In this document: positions 23,457 through 34,775 of the stretch, piece after piece
Layout of the letters: each line of letters starts with the position of its first letter
Position numbering within the stretch: the first letter of the stretch is position 1
From: Octopus bimaculoides
Lineage: Eukaryota
Direction: 5' to 3'
Assembly: GCF_001194135.2 (NCBI RefSeq)
Contig: NC_068993.1
Span: forward strand, 20,408,970 to 20,458,135
DNA: 49,166 bases
Translations under genes and position numbers: made by a program
Notes under the pieces: generated by a model
Told to the model about the DNA's origin: nothing
Databases searched by the model: none
Seen by the model: only the letters and a program-made list of their open reading frames with translations

Positions 23457-23880
23457 TATAGGAAAGTGGGTTATTGTAGCTCAGCAGGCTGCGTGTTTGA
23501 ATCAAGTCAGAGGGTCACCAGTATAGAGAAGTGGGTTATACATCATTAGATGTACACCTGACTTTCCTGTATAAAATTAAGAATTAACGGAACGCTGAAC
23601 TCCAGACTATCAACATAACAACATTTATTCAAGGTGGAATATATACATCTTTAGCTCTTGTTTGTTGAGACGTCTTTTGTGTGTGTGAGCATGGTTGTTG
23701 GGATGTTGGTATGTAGATGTAAACGAGCTGTCTAGCGTAAGTTCGAAAGATGGAGAGAGACAGCTAAACACGTCCTTGCTCAATCGCTGGCCAGCAACAA
23801 AGAGACAGAATGAAGCGGGAAAGCTTGGTTATTGAATTCCACGCATGCGTGAGACTACGCATGCGCATGGCGTTACTACA
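23457..23880 (-). mobile_element. Deleted Ty3/Gypsy LTR element (LTR + tRNA-Trp-like PBS + second LTR end) inserted in the viral capsid ORF
   Basis: On the minus strand, LTR 23880-23522 reads TGTAG...CTATA with a TATA-like GTATATAT and then AATAAA. It is followed by PBS TGGTGACCC and a repeat of the LTR end ATAACCCACTT..CTATA. 4-bp TSD agtc at 23453-23456 and 23881-23884. Confidence 0.8.
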
Positions 23881-24313
23881 AGTCTATAGTTATAAGGAAA
23901 TTTACTTTTGCCGCTTGGTTTTTTACGTCCAATAGTGGAATTGGATCTAATGCTGCTATTGGAGGTGGATTAGAAGGATTTATCGGCATTTGTGTTAAGC
24001 AGCTTCTACTTGGTATTTTAACGTCATTTAACATATCGTTCCATGTAGTTTTTCCTTGCACTTTTTCTGGTGTCCAATTGTCATCTGCATTTTGAAATGC
24101 ATTTACTTCACAAGCTATTTCTGAATCATTACCAATTTCTCCGTATGTTATATGTCCTGCTAGAGCATCGAAATCTGCTGCATTAAACCAACTAGGTGTA
24201 CGATTTACCCAAGTGTATTCCCAAGTGTCGTCTGTGCGTAGAAGTTTCCAACGTCCTGTATTGTATATGCTCATTAGTTCTTCAGCTGGCATTTCCTGTG
24301 CTGTATTAGTAAA
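23881..24313 (-). pseudogene. Parvovirus-like capsid (VP) fragment, part before the LTR insertion
   Basis: KLLRTDDTWEYTW resembles the conserved VP motif (CPV LLRTGDEF, AAV MLRTGNNF). NPPPIAALDPIPLL...KVNFLITID resembles AAV HPPPQILIKNTPVP...FITQYS. Motif recognition only; no alignment was run. Confidence 0.72.
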
Positions 24314-24324
24314 TTTTTTTTTAA

Positions 24325-24760
24325 GTAAATCCATACCTGAGGTTAGACAAATCTACCTGAGGTTCTTTCTCAGAGGAGTATTCTTTCTAGTGCATACATT
24401 TTACAAAGTATTCCATTTTTACAATGAGCTTCTTTACATATACTCTCTTTGGTGGTATCAGTATATTCTTCATTGAATTCGGTACAGGATAATTCTCCAT
24501 GTTGGCATTCAAGTTTGTCAGTAAAACTCCCTCTAAATAGGATGTCTACATATATATAGACATCGTATTTAGGTAAAAAAATATGTGCTCTATATGTTTA
24601 CAGCTATCATTGATACTAAAGTGCTCTTTACACATATGGATCTATTTGATAACCATATACTCTGCAGAGAGCTTTCTGGGGATACTGTTTGATTCCTTGA
24701 ATCCCTATTGCCAATTCTGTATTTATTAATTGATCAAAGAGGTATTCCATTGTCTCACTT
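24325..24760 (-). mobile_element. Penelope-like element 5' fragment
   Basis: The minus frame SMKNILIPPKRVYVKKLIVKMEYFVKCMH*...RYGF matches the N-terminus of the Penelope-like ORF at 30749 (SMKDIPIPPKKIYIEQLIHK). Confidence 0.65.
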
Positions 24761-24764
24761 GAAA

Positions 24765-27700
24765 AACTTTCTTGAGCCGATCGATACTAACAGTATTCTG
24801 TTTACCATTTACATCGACAACAAAATATTTCTCCCGTTTTTGCAGTACTTTGTAAGGGCCAGAATACGGTGGGCGGATTTGTGCTGGTATTCTGTCATTT
24901 CTAACAAACACGTGTGTCCATTGATTAATGTCCGTGGGGACATATGTATCAGTTTCCTGCTGGCGAGGTGGGTTTGGTGACAGCTGTGACATATGTGCAC
25001 GTAGGCGATGCACATATGTTGTGGGATCTGGGATATCCTGTGGAATTACTGGAACAATCATTTGTCCAGGCAGGGTTAATGTGGTGCCGTAAACGAGTTC
25101 TACCGGTGAGTATCCGATCTCATCCTTGACGGATGTACGGATACCAAGCAGGATTAACGGAAGGAAGCCTATCCAATTGTTCACGTCAGGATATGCCCGT
25201 ATGGCTGATTTCAGTTGCCTGTGGAATCTCTCCACCGTGCTGTTTGCCGCCGGATGGTATGCTGTAGTGCGACAGTGTTTGGAACCGATGAGTCGAGTAA
25301 GCTCGCTGAAAAGGTGACAGTCAGGTTGTCTTCCTCTGTCTGTCGTGATGATAGCAGGGATACCAAAACACGATACCCAGTGTGATATCAGCGCTTTAGC
25401 CACGGTTTCTGCTGTGGTATCAGAGAGAGGGAAAGCTTCAGGCCATCGTGAAAAGCGGTCGATACAAGTGAGTAGGTGTGTATAGTTGTGAGACGGAGAT
25501 AGAGGTCCAATGATGTCTATGTGGATGTGTTGGAAACGACTGTCTGGTGCTGTAAAATTACCAAGGGGTGACTTGACATGTCTGTGTACTTTTGCCTTTT
25601 GACATGCAACGCAACTTTTAACCCAGTCGCGGATGTCTTTATTGATGTTCGTCCACACAAAGCAAGTTGCTATCATCCTCTGTGTGGGACGAACACCAGG
25701 ATGTGACAAACTGTGTAAGGTGGTGAAAATTTTCAATCTGTGTTGTTTGGGGATGTTTGGGCGCTCATGTCTTGTGGAAACATCACACCATATTTGACCG
25801 GTTGAAGAAGATAGTGGGCAAAGTTGGAATTTGAGGGATGATGAATTTCATAACTTATTAGGTTCTTCGTCATCCTCTTGGTCCGCTGCGATCTGCTGTA
25901 ACTCAATCGGTTCTGAAGTATGCAGTGCATTAAGATGGGCGCGGGACAAGGTGTCTGTGGCCGTGTTATCGGAACCTTTAACGTACCGAATGTTGGTTAA
26001 ATATTGAGAGATAAAATCAAGGTGACGGATTTCTCTCGGAAAACGTCGGTCATTCTTCGTTTTAAAAGCATAAACCAGTAGTTTGTGATCCGTGTAGATG
26101 CTGAAGGCAGTCCCTTCAAGCATATGGCGAAAATGTTTAACAGAAAGGTATGTGGTGAGTATGTAAAAGTTTGATAGTTGCAATAGAGACATTAGTCTCT
26201 TTCTATCACTTTTCAACATAATTATATATTAAGGAACAGTAGAACAATTCAACAACATAATAAAAATAAGTTTTATTTTTGATGATCCTTGGTTATATAA
26301 ATCCTGTGTCACTCAGCTTAGCAGCTGCTGATTAAGTTGTAATTTGGTATTGGAAGATTAAGAGCTTCCTTGATGAATGCCAGTGGAGCAAATAGCTATC
26401 ATATCGATAGCATTGTGGTGAAGAGTGCTTCGTTGAGGAGCGAGGTGTTGTCACGTCGAAGGTTTCTTGTTCAACTATCTTAGAAAGTGAAACAAACTCT
26501 TTAAGTACTAATTTTACTACGCATGCACACTCGAGGGGCTTCCGGAAAGGCAAGTCCCTTGCGCAAGTGCAGAATAGTACTTCTTCAATGGCGGCTATAA
26601 GTAGTTCTCGTCCGAAAGTGCTGTATTTAACTTCTGCGGGCTGTAGTTGCTTGGAGAAGAAGGATAGTGGTTGCCAAATTCCATCCACAAACTGTTGCAA
26701 GATGCCGCCGATTCCAGTCTGAGAGGTGTCAACCAGTAGTGTGAGTGGAGTATCAGGTTTGGGATGAACTAGCATCGTAGCTGTAGCTAGCATATCCTTT
26801 AGCTTGTTGAAGGAGGCTAGTTGTGTGTCACATAATGTAATTTCTTGCTTCTTTTTTGTTGGTCTGTTGCACCGGACGTTGGTAAGCAGTTGAGCTACTT
26901 TTGTGCAATGTGGAAGAAAGCGATGGTAGAAATTCACGCATCTCAAAAACTCACGGAGTTTCCGAAGAGACGTTGGGATAGGAAAATTCACTATGGCATC
27001 CACTTTGTCAGGCAGAGGACGGATTCCGTCTTTGTCAACGATGTGCCCGAGGAAAGGCAGAGATAAGACACCGAAAATGCATTTACTTGTGTTAATGGCT
27101 ATGCCATAAACAGTCAGTCGCTGGAAAAGTTGTTGGAGGTGATCTTCGTGTTTGGCCTCAGAGGCGCTTGCTACTAGCATATCATCGATATATGCGTAGA
27201 CGAAGGGTAAACCTCTTGTGACAGTGTCGATGAAACGCTGAAATGTTGGCGCTGCATTACATAATCCAAATGGTATTTGCAAGAATTGATATGCACCAAA
27301 AGGAGTGGCAATTGTGGTTTTGGGGACATTGGCTGGTTCAACGGGTATTTGATTGTAGGCCTGAATTAAATCTATTTTGGAGAAAATCTGTGCTCCATTC
27401 AGCGAAGCAGAAAAATCCTGCAAGTATGGTATGGGATAGGGGTCAGCCACTGTAGCAATGTTGAGAGCTCTGTAATCTCTGCATGGATGCCAACCATTTG
27501 TTTCCTTAGGAACTAAATGAAGGGGGCTGGACCAACTGCTGTTTGACGGTTGAATGATCCCTAGATCTAGCATGTGCTGGAATTCCTGCTTCGCTCTGCG
27601 CAAGCAATCTGGGGGCAGTCTCCTTGGTCGCGATGCTACTGGTGGGCTTGTGGTCTCGATCCGATGTGTGATGCCATGTTTAATCTCGGTGTTTCTAAAT

Positions 27701-28402
27701 ACCGGCCTCGTGATATTTGGAAACTGGTGAAGAACATCCAAGTAACGTCCAGTGTGGGGAGATAAAAGGATTGGTCCGACTGTGGGTATTTGTGCAGTTA
27801 TGCCTCGCACAGTCAGACTGGTGGTGCTATCTACGAGTCTGCGTCGTTTAATATCGACCAAAAGACCAAAGTGGTGTAGAAAGTTGGCTCTTATTATAGG
27901 TGTCGGTAAATTGGCAGCAACGAAAATCCACTGAAATACTCATCGAAGACCTAAATTCAGAGTCAAAGGCTGTTTGTCAAAAGTTTAAATGGGAGACTGG
28001 TTAACTGCTTGGAGAAAAGTTGGCGTCTGTTTCCTGTGGCCTGCGGTTAGTGAAACGGGGAGGATGCTAATCTCGGCTTCGGTATCCACGAGAAAATGGG
28101 TACCTGAGGTACGGTCGTGAATATACAACAGACGACTTTTGTTGGCTCGACCAAGGACGTTCGTTATCCTTATGTCCTGGCTTGGTTGTTTCCCGAACTA
28201 TGAGGGATGTTGATCTTGTATGAGTAGGGTGGCCTGCATGAATGTGCGTCCTTTCCGAATTTCGCGTGGTAGAAGCACAATCTGGAACTGCGAGTGGCGC
28301 TAGGGCTTCTGGAGCGGTGTCTATTAAAATGCCGGTATGGTCTGTGGTCAAGAGAGGAACGGTCACGCACAGTTAACTCCTGCAACTGTGCTGCAAGTGT
28401 CT
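24765..28402 (-). mobile_element. Ty3/Gypsy LTR retrotransposon internal region (gag end-PR-RT-RH-IN), CsRn1-like, frameshifted
   Basis: Gag knuckle CFYHAKFGKDAHSC; protease FLVDTEAEIS; RT PF.LCNA..TFQR and YIDD; RNase H DTSQTGIGGILQQ and YTDHK; integrase HPG...[22 protein letters not shown] and GPY. The 5' part lies in the gap and the 3' end is truncated at DRLK. Confidence 0.95.
26162..26599 (-). mobile_element. Solo LTR inserted in the Gypsy RNase H coding region
   Basis: Termini tgtaa...ctata, 4-bp TSD agta at 26158-26161 and 26600-26603. Removal restores GRELL-TTYLSVKHF. TTTATATAA followed by AATAAA on the minus strand. Confidence 0.85.
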
Positions 28403-29089
28403 NNNNNNNNNNNNNNNNNNNNNNNNNNNNNNNNNNNNNNNNNNNNNNNNNNNNNNNNNNNNNNNNNNNNNNNNNNNNNNNNNNNNNNNNNNNNNNNNNN
28501 NNNNNNNNNNNNNNNNNNNNNNNNNNNNNNNNNNNNNNNNNNNNNNNNNNNNNNNNNNNNNNNNNNNNNNNNNNNNNNNNNNNNNNNNNNNNNNNNNNNN
28601 NNNNNNNNNNNNNNNNNNNNNNNNNNNNNNNNNNNNNNNNNNNNNNNNNNNNNNNNNNNNNNNNNNNNNNNNNNNNNNNNNNNNNNNNNNNNNNNNNNNN
28701 NNNNNNNNNNNNNNNNNNNNNNNNNNNNNNNNNNNNNNNNNNNNNNNNNNNNNNNNNNNNNNNNNNNNNNNNNNNNNNNNNNNNNNNNNNNNNNNNNNNN
28801 NNNNNNNNNNNNNNNNNNNNNNNNNNNNNNNNNNNNNNNNNNNNNNNNNNNNNNNNNNNNNNNNNNNNNNNNNNNNNNNNNNNNNNNNNNNNNNNNNNNN
28901 NNNNNNNNNNNNNNNNNNNNNNNNNNNNNNNNNNNNNNNNNNNNNNNNNNNNNNNNNNNNNNNNNNNNNNNNNNNNNNNNNNNNNNNNNNNNNNNNNNNN
29001 NNNNNNNNNNNNNNNNNNNNNNTGATGCATGATAAATACAATTTTAATAAAAATAATACAAAAAAATTTATACATTTAAAAAAGAGAGA

Positions 29090-31150
29090 TTTAACACCAG
29101 AGTTTTATATCCACGTCTTCATTCAATGTAAACATTTCTGTGTTTAACTATATTTAACCATTAAAATAAGCTAAATATATTAGTCGTCTCACACGTCATC
29201 AGGAATGATTTTCATTAGAACAAAAAACCAAAAGAAAACATAATGAATCGATCAAACAAATCAATTTTTAAAAAACTATACCATTTTCAGTCATCTGTTT
29301 TAATTTTATTGTTATCATTTTCAATATAGAAAACCTTATCTCTATAACCAGCCTTATTTAATGCTGCATTATAGAAATGAGCTTCATTATTAAAAACCCT
29401 ATTATTAGCAGATAATCTAGAGAGTCTTAATGAAATATTTTTAACTAAATTATCAATAATAGCCCTAGGATGGTTACTTGATTTATTTATATACTTTAGG
29501 TTCGTTAAAGGATTATTGTATGGTCTATATGTCTCATTTTTAATATCTAATGTTACATCTAAAAAATTTGCCACTGAAATATCATCTTCATAAACTATAC
29601 CCATCCCCATTCTGCTGAAAAATCTGGCCAGTCTACCCTTAATCCTCTGCAGTTCCTGGTTAGAGCAATTCCTAATATATAAAAGGCAGTCATCTCTATA
29701 TAGACCCCCCTAATCCTAGGGAATTGATCATTTAGTTTGTAGAATGAACCCACCATATCAGCTATTTGAGCTGAGTCTGAGCTTCCCATGGGGACATCGA
29801 AAGCATCTGGTGTATCTTTTCTTCTCCATAGTTTATCGTTAAAGCTAATAAAAGATTTTCTAGCAGCTGTTATTACTTTAAATTCTCTAGTGAGACCAGC
29901 CTTTTTATGGAAAAACCACATTGCCTTATTTAATATTATCGGATTAATCGATCTATAAAAATTTGCTATATCAAATTGAATAAATTTAGTGTCTTCTTTG
30001 TGCTCAATAGAGTTAAGCCAACTTATTACTTGGTCTGTACTAGACCATAATTCTAACTTCAACTTAATTATTATTTTAGGTAAATACTTATTAATAATGT
30101 TTTTACTTAAATACTCCAATGTCTGATTTTGTTGGGCATATAAGTCTTAAAGATGGTTGTGTCCAAAAGTTCACTTTATGATCCTTAAGGATGAATCTCG
30201 GTTCTTTTGGTACCAATGGTTCCGTCCTATCTGTCAGGTTGTACTTCTCCATTATTTCTTTAGTTTCCATATTAGCTTTCTCAAGTATCTTATTATTTAC
30301 TATCTTGTAACTCTTCTCGATTTCTTTTTGCAGTAGATCCTTGTAGTTCTGCTTGGTCAATTTGTAGATGTTCCCTGTTTTGTCGGATTTCACTAAAAAA
30401 CTTTGTTAGTATTCCTTATTTCTTTAATAATTCCTTTTGTGTATTTCAGGTGTTGATTCATTCTCCGTGATCTATTAAATTTAATGTTCTTTACGACAGA
30501 CCAAATATCTTCTTCGAACTTATCTAATCTGTGGTTATACGGCGGATTTCTTCTAGACTTAAATAATCTTGTGTATTTCGATTCGTCTTTCGATATATCA
30601 TTGTGTTTTTCTTTTTTATCCCAAAAATGCGCCCTCCATCGAATTCTATTTATAAAAGAATGCGTTTTATGGATGAGCTGCTCAATATAGATCTTTTTTG
30701 GTGGGATAGGTATGTCCTTCATGGATATGTCTATGTTAAAAATTTCCATTGGTAAACGGTCATGTATCTGCGTCTACTAAAAGACGAGAAGTTATTATAA
30801 TTTTTCAAAGTAAACTCTGTAATTGTTATCAATATAGCATAAGATTTCACCTCAAAGAATATATATATATATATATATGTATATATATTTCAAGGTTTTT
30901 AACTTTTAAATTTGTATATTTAAAAGAGACAGAAACTTCAAACTCGATATATCCAAGATCGATTTATTCACCACTCTATGTCAACATTTCTGTGCCAAAC
31001 TTATCCAGTGACTGGTCCATTGGATTTCGACATTTGGCACTTCTTCAGGAATGGCTACCATCGGAACAAAACACGAAAAAACACATACATAACGATCATA
31101 TTAAATTATTAAATTATTAAAATCCCGTTACAGTTCAACATTTTTTCTGT
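29090..31150 (-). mobile_element. Penelope-like retroelement, decayed RT ORF between diverged terminal repeats
   Basis: ORF pieces 30749-29287 carry IPIPPKK..RIRWRA, KSDKTGNIY, QFDIANFY, FDVPMGS..AQIADMVG, GLYRDD (after a frameshift) and NFLDVTLD...YINKSSNHP. Related terminal segments lie at ~29090-29260 and ~30950-31150. Confidence 0.88.
30985..31053 (-). ncRNA. Hammerhead-ribozyme-like motif in the Penelope 5' terminal repeat
   Basis: CATTC-CTGAAGA-A...C-GAAA with stem III ATCCA/TGGAT followed by A. Stem I pairing next to the cleavage site is imperfect. Confidence 0.45.
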
Positions 31151-31499
31151 TATTATAGGGGAGGTAACTCCTTAATTTTCTATTTTTATTGCTCTCCTGT
31201 GAATTTCCACTAGATTAATTTATTTAATTTATTTGTTTATTTATTCATTTATTTATTAATTTATTTATCTATTAATTTAGTTATTAATTTTTAAATTCTT
31301 ATCTATTATCCCCTATATGTCTACTATATTCATTGCCCCTAGAGGGTTCATCTGTTTATTATTCCATTTTATATTATTATTGTTAGGTCTCTTTACTTTG
31401 CTAATAGAGATCTCAGTTCAGCCATCAAACCTCCTAGGAATCATTACAAGTCTCTTTACTAAAAAAAAATTATATATACTCAAATCTTCATTTTTTCTT

Positions 31500-32921
31500 T
31501 AAGGAGATATAATCTGGACGAGAGCAACAATGTGAGGTTGAATCTCAGCCAGCTGTTTTTTGGTTTGTTGATCCTCTTCAAGTGTACCAAGTTAATTACA
31601 GAACGTATTCACCTGGAAGTGATTATCAGTATGGTTTTGAGTTGGGTAGCCATTGCAAATAACACGGTTATCTCACATAGCAATTTTAATTGAAATGGGT
31701 CATGATTCTTCAAGTGTAATATTGCATTTCTGTCCCTCAGCTTCAGCATATCTGGTCACTTGTGTCCCCACAGCCAATGTGACGAGAGTCCTTTAACAAA
31801 TTGATCTAATGTATCTGTGTGAGAACTTGAATTTAAATAGCTGACGTCAGTACACATTGAAATTAGTAACTTTCTTCAGTTCTGTTACTGGATATCTCAC
31901 ATTATCCAAGTACTATCTTAGTTTTCATGGATCATCTTGTCTTTGTTGTATCTGATAACGAATATATCTTTTACCTTCCTTTTATGTTATATCTGATAAT
32001 GAGCTTGATTATGATTGTGCATACAGGTATTGGAACAGTGCAATAACAGGAATTGCAAAATATTTTGCAGGTTATTTTAAACTTGTTTTTTTTTTTTTTT
32101 TTTTTTTTTTTGAAGGGTTAATATGTCTATATTTGGGATCAGCCAAGAAGTTAGCCTTGTGATCCTTTAAAGTGAAATGGGCAGTCATAGGAGCTAAGCA
32201 TTCAACCTAGTCATCTATTTTAATTATTGATGCTAGTTCTTTTGCTTCAATATCAATATTATTGTATGTGCCAGGGTCAGTTTTTGATAGGTTTTAGTAA
32301 TATTGCTAGAGAGGAGCTGATTATTCAGGTTTTTCTGTACCTCATTAATGCTTTTGGTGTTGTGTGAGGGTACATGTAATTTGTCCAATGTATGGTACTG
32401 TTTCAAATCATTTATGAGTGTGTGTTGAAAATGGTCAGAAAATTTACTGAACTTTACTTTTTTAACTTGGTTCAGCAGGCCATTTTCAAAGGCCTCCAAT
32501 TTTTTGATTTTATAAGGGGCATTTTTTCAAGGCAAATCCATATTTGCAATTAGTTAAATCTGCCTGAGGTCCCTTCTCAAAGAAGTATGCTTTCTAGTGT
32601 ATATGTTATATTGTGTTCCATTTTTTTTCAATGAGTTTAAATAAGCATACGCTTTTTGGTGATATTGGTGTATTCTTCATAGAATATATAGAGCTGAGGA
32701 TAAACCAGCTCTATTACTGGATATCTCATGCTCTCCGAGTACTGTCCTGGACGGTTTTTGTGAATCATCTTGTCTTTGACATTGTCTGCTATGAGAAAAT
32801 TGAAATACTTTTTACCTTCCTCTTTTGTTATCTCTGATAATAAAGATTAATCAAGAATATGAGATCATGCATTCAGGTCTTTGAATATTCCAACAACAGG
32901 GATTGCAAAATATTTTGCAGG

Positions 32922-32952
<31 letters not shown>

Positions 32953-33000
32953 CTCTTTGGATAAATACTCCACAGATGTCAATGAACTTACTTTATATTG
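31500..33000 (-). mobile_element. Heavily decayed Penelope-like element(s)
   Basis: 32499-32233 MEAFENGLLNQVKKVKF...NITKTYQK parallels the N-terminal region of the 29-31 kb element. SMKN-type start near 32690. A ~180-nt segment is duplicated at ~31900-32080 and ~32750-32930. Confidence 0.6.
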
Positions 33001-34427
33001 TATTATGTATATTGTGTGATGGCACTTCTTGTCATGAAAATTCTCACACACCCCAGCGAATCTCATTTAATAACACTTACTCAGTAAGAGATAGAACATT
33101 GCTGGGTTGTTGAAAGGCAAGCAAAGTATTTCCATGACAGTATAAGAATAAAATAAGGCATTGAAAGTAGTATTTAAGTGTCTCAATATGCATGGAGGGA
33201 AATTGAGGCATGTTTTTAATGTGTATGTAGTATTTGTTAATACACATTTGGTATTGAGTTGGCAGAGAATCTGTGGAGAGAGAGAAAGAGAGGCAGAGAG
33301 TGATGGAGCACCCTCTCTACCTCTTTAATCATTTTAAAAACAGGTGAAAGCAACATTTTTATGTAAATAAAATTGGAAATTTTAAGAATTTGCTATTCAT
33401 TTTAGCCTGGTCTGACAAATTTGTCCTTTCCATTTGCCTTTGACAGGGAGAGTGTGCCTTCTCAAAAATTGTAGGCCTATGCTAACTGCTCCCCTCTCAT
33501 TTTGGCCTGGTCTAATTGTGACAGGTTAATTATAGAAATTGGATGTTTATTTAGTTTTTCACTGTCTGCCAGATCCTTCATACACTACTCTCTTAACTGG
33601 ACTGACAGACACGGGCTATTTTGGATTTATCTCTTCATGTCCTGAAACTGTTCTGGTTAATCTTTTCACCTTGTACTAGCCAGTTCAGTATACGCAACCT
33701 TAAATTTCAACACCATAAGAGCTATACTAAGCTGACATTCCCTTAGTTTGTAATGAAGACAATAACAAAACTAAGAGTTCACTTTCTCCTGGCTCTGACA
33801 TTGCCATGAGCTTCGCATGTCATTTTTTCCCTATTAAGAAGCATATTGGTTTTACGATTTTCCTTATATATTGCAATGGCATTTATCTTTACAATTTACT
33901 CCTGGGTAAATATTACAGTTACTAATTAAGATATTTCTTTCCCATGTGGTTTATGTATACTGTAAGTTCTTCAATTATATCTTCAGAATCTCTTTTAGAT
34001 AAGTTTTTTCACCATCTTGTTTAATGAGAGATAAAAGTCATTTATTTATTATTATTTGTATTTACCTCTGCAGTTTTTGAGAGGTTATTGTATCTTGCTT
34101 ACATATGATCTTACATTGTCTGTTTATTTCTGCTCCATATTTCTATTTGGGTCATATTCCATGCACTTAGAGATCATAAAATGCTGTGTCCTTTTCACTT
34201 ATGCTATTCTCCTTTGCATTACTGTTAGTTTTGTTGCAGTGTTAGTATGCTGATATCATTGCATGTAATATCTCATGCACGTTCCTAATGTTATGCGATT
34301 ACTAACTCATGGTAGCAAAAACCTTATTTCAGTCAGTTTAAGTGGGAACTGTTTCAAAACTCTTCTTTTCATAGTAAAATCCAGCAATAATAATAATAAT
34401 ACTTATATTCTTGTCTAAGTTGGTTGA

Positions 34428-34555
34428 TATCATCATCATCGTAACATCAGTTTTCCATGCTCTCATGGGTTGGACTTGATGTTGATAATGATGAAAAAGA
34501 TGTGGCGGGTTTTCTATGGCTGGATGCCCATCCTGTTGCCAACCCCTCACTTGTT
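34428..34555 (-). repeat. RTE LINE 3'-end repeat copy (diverged)
   Basis: (CAT)n...tttccatgctctcatgggttggac...ggctggatgccc. Confidence 0.7.
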
Positions 34556-34624
34556 TCTAAGTGAGGTTGTGTTTTCCCTCCTCTGTGTTAAGAGGCACAA
34601 GCAGTTTCAGACACATGTATACAC

Positions 34625-34775
34625 ATGATGGGAACTTTTGTATACCAAACTCAATCACAAGGTTTCATTCAGCCCAAGGCTAGATCAGAAGACACTTGCC
34701 CAAGGGGGCCATAATGTGATACTGAACCTGAAACCATGTGGTTGAAAAGTAAGCTTCCTAACCACAGCCATGTCT
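34625..34775 (-). repeat. tRNA-derived SINE fragment
   Basis: gaagacacttgcccaagg...ctgaacctgaaaccatgtggttg family sequence. Confidence 0.75.

Larger units (their letters stand above)
21592..24313 (-). mobile_element. Endogenous parvovirus/densovirus-like viral element (capsid-like ORF followed by NS1)
   Basis: NS1 HUH and SF3 motifs plus capsid-like motifs on the same strand. The left end runs into an assembly gap; the right end abuts a Penelope-like fragment. Confidence 0.9.

Noticed and set aside
23838-23870. Palindrome cacgcatgcgtg and repeated acgcatgcg as a parvovirus terminal hairpin
   Set aside because: It lies inside the TSD-flanked LTR that interrupts the capsid, so it belongs to the retroelement. 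It is also too short for a telomere.
23453-23889. 9-bp direct repeat agtctatag read as a DNA-transposon TSD
   Set aside because: CTATA is the LTR's own end (it also precedes the PBS), which leaves a 4-bp TSD typical of Gypsy elements.
23876-24334. Upstream viral ORF as an NS2/NS3 accessory gene, or as starting at ATG 24334
   Set aside because: Capsid-like motifs argue for VP, although a profile search is needed to confirm. The ATG lies in the adjoining Penelope fragment, so the ORF start is chimeric.
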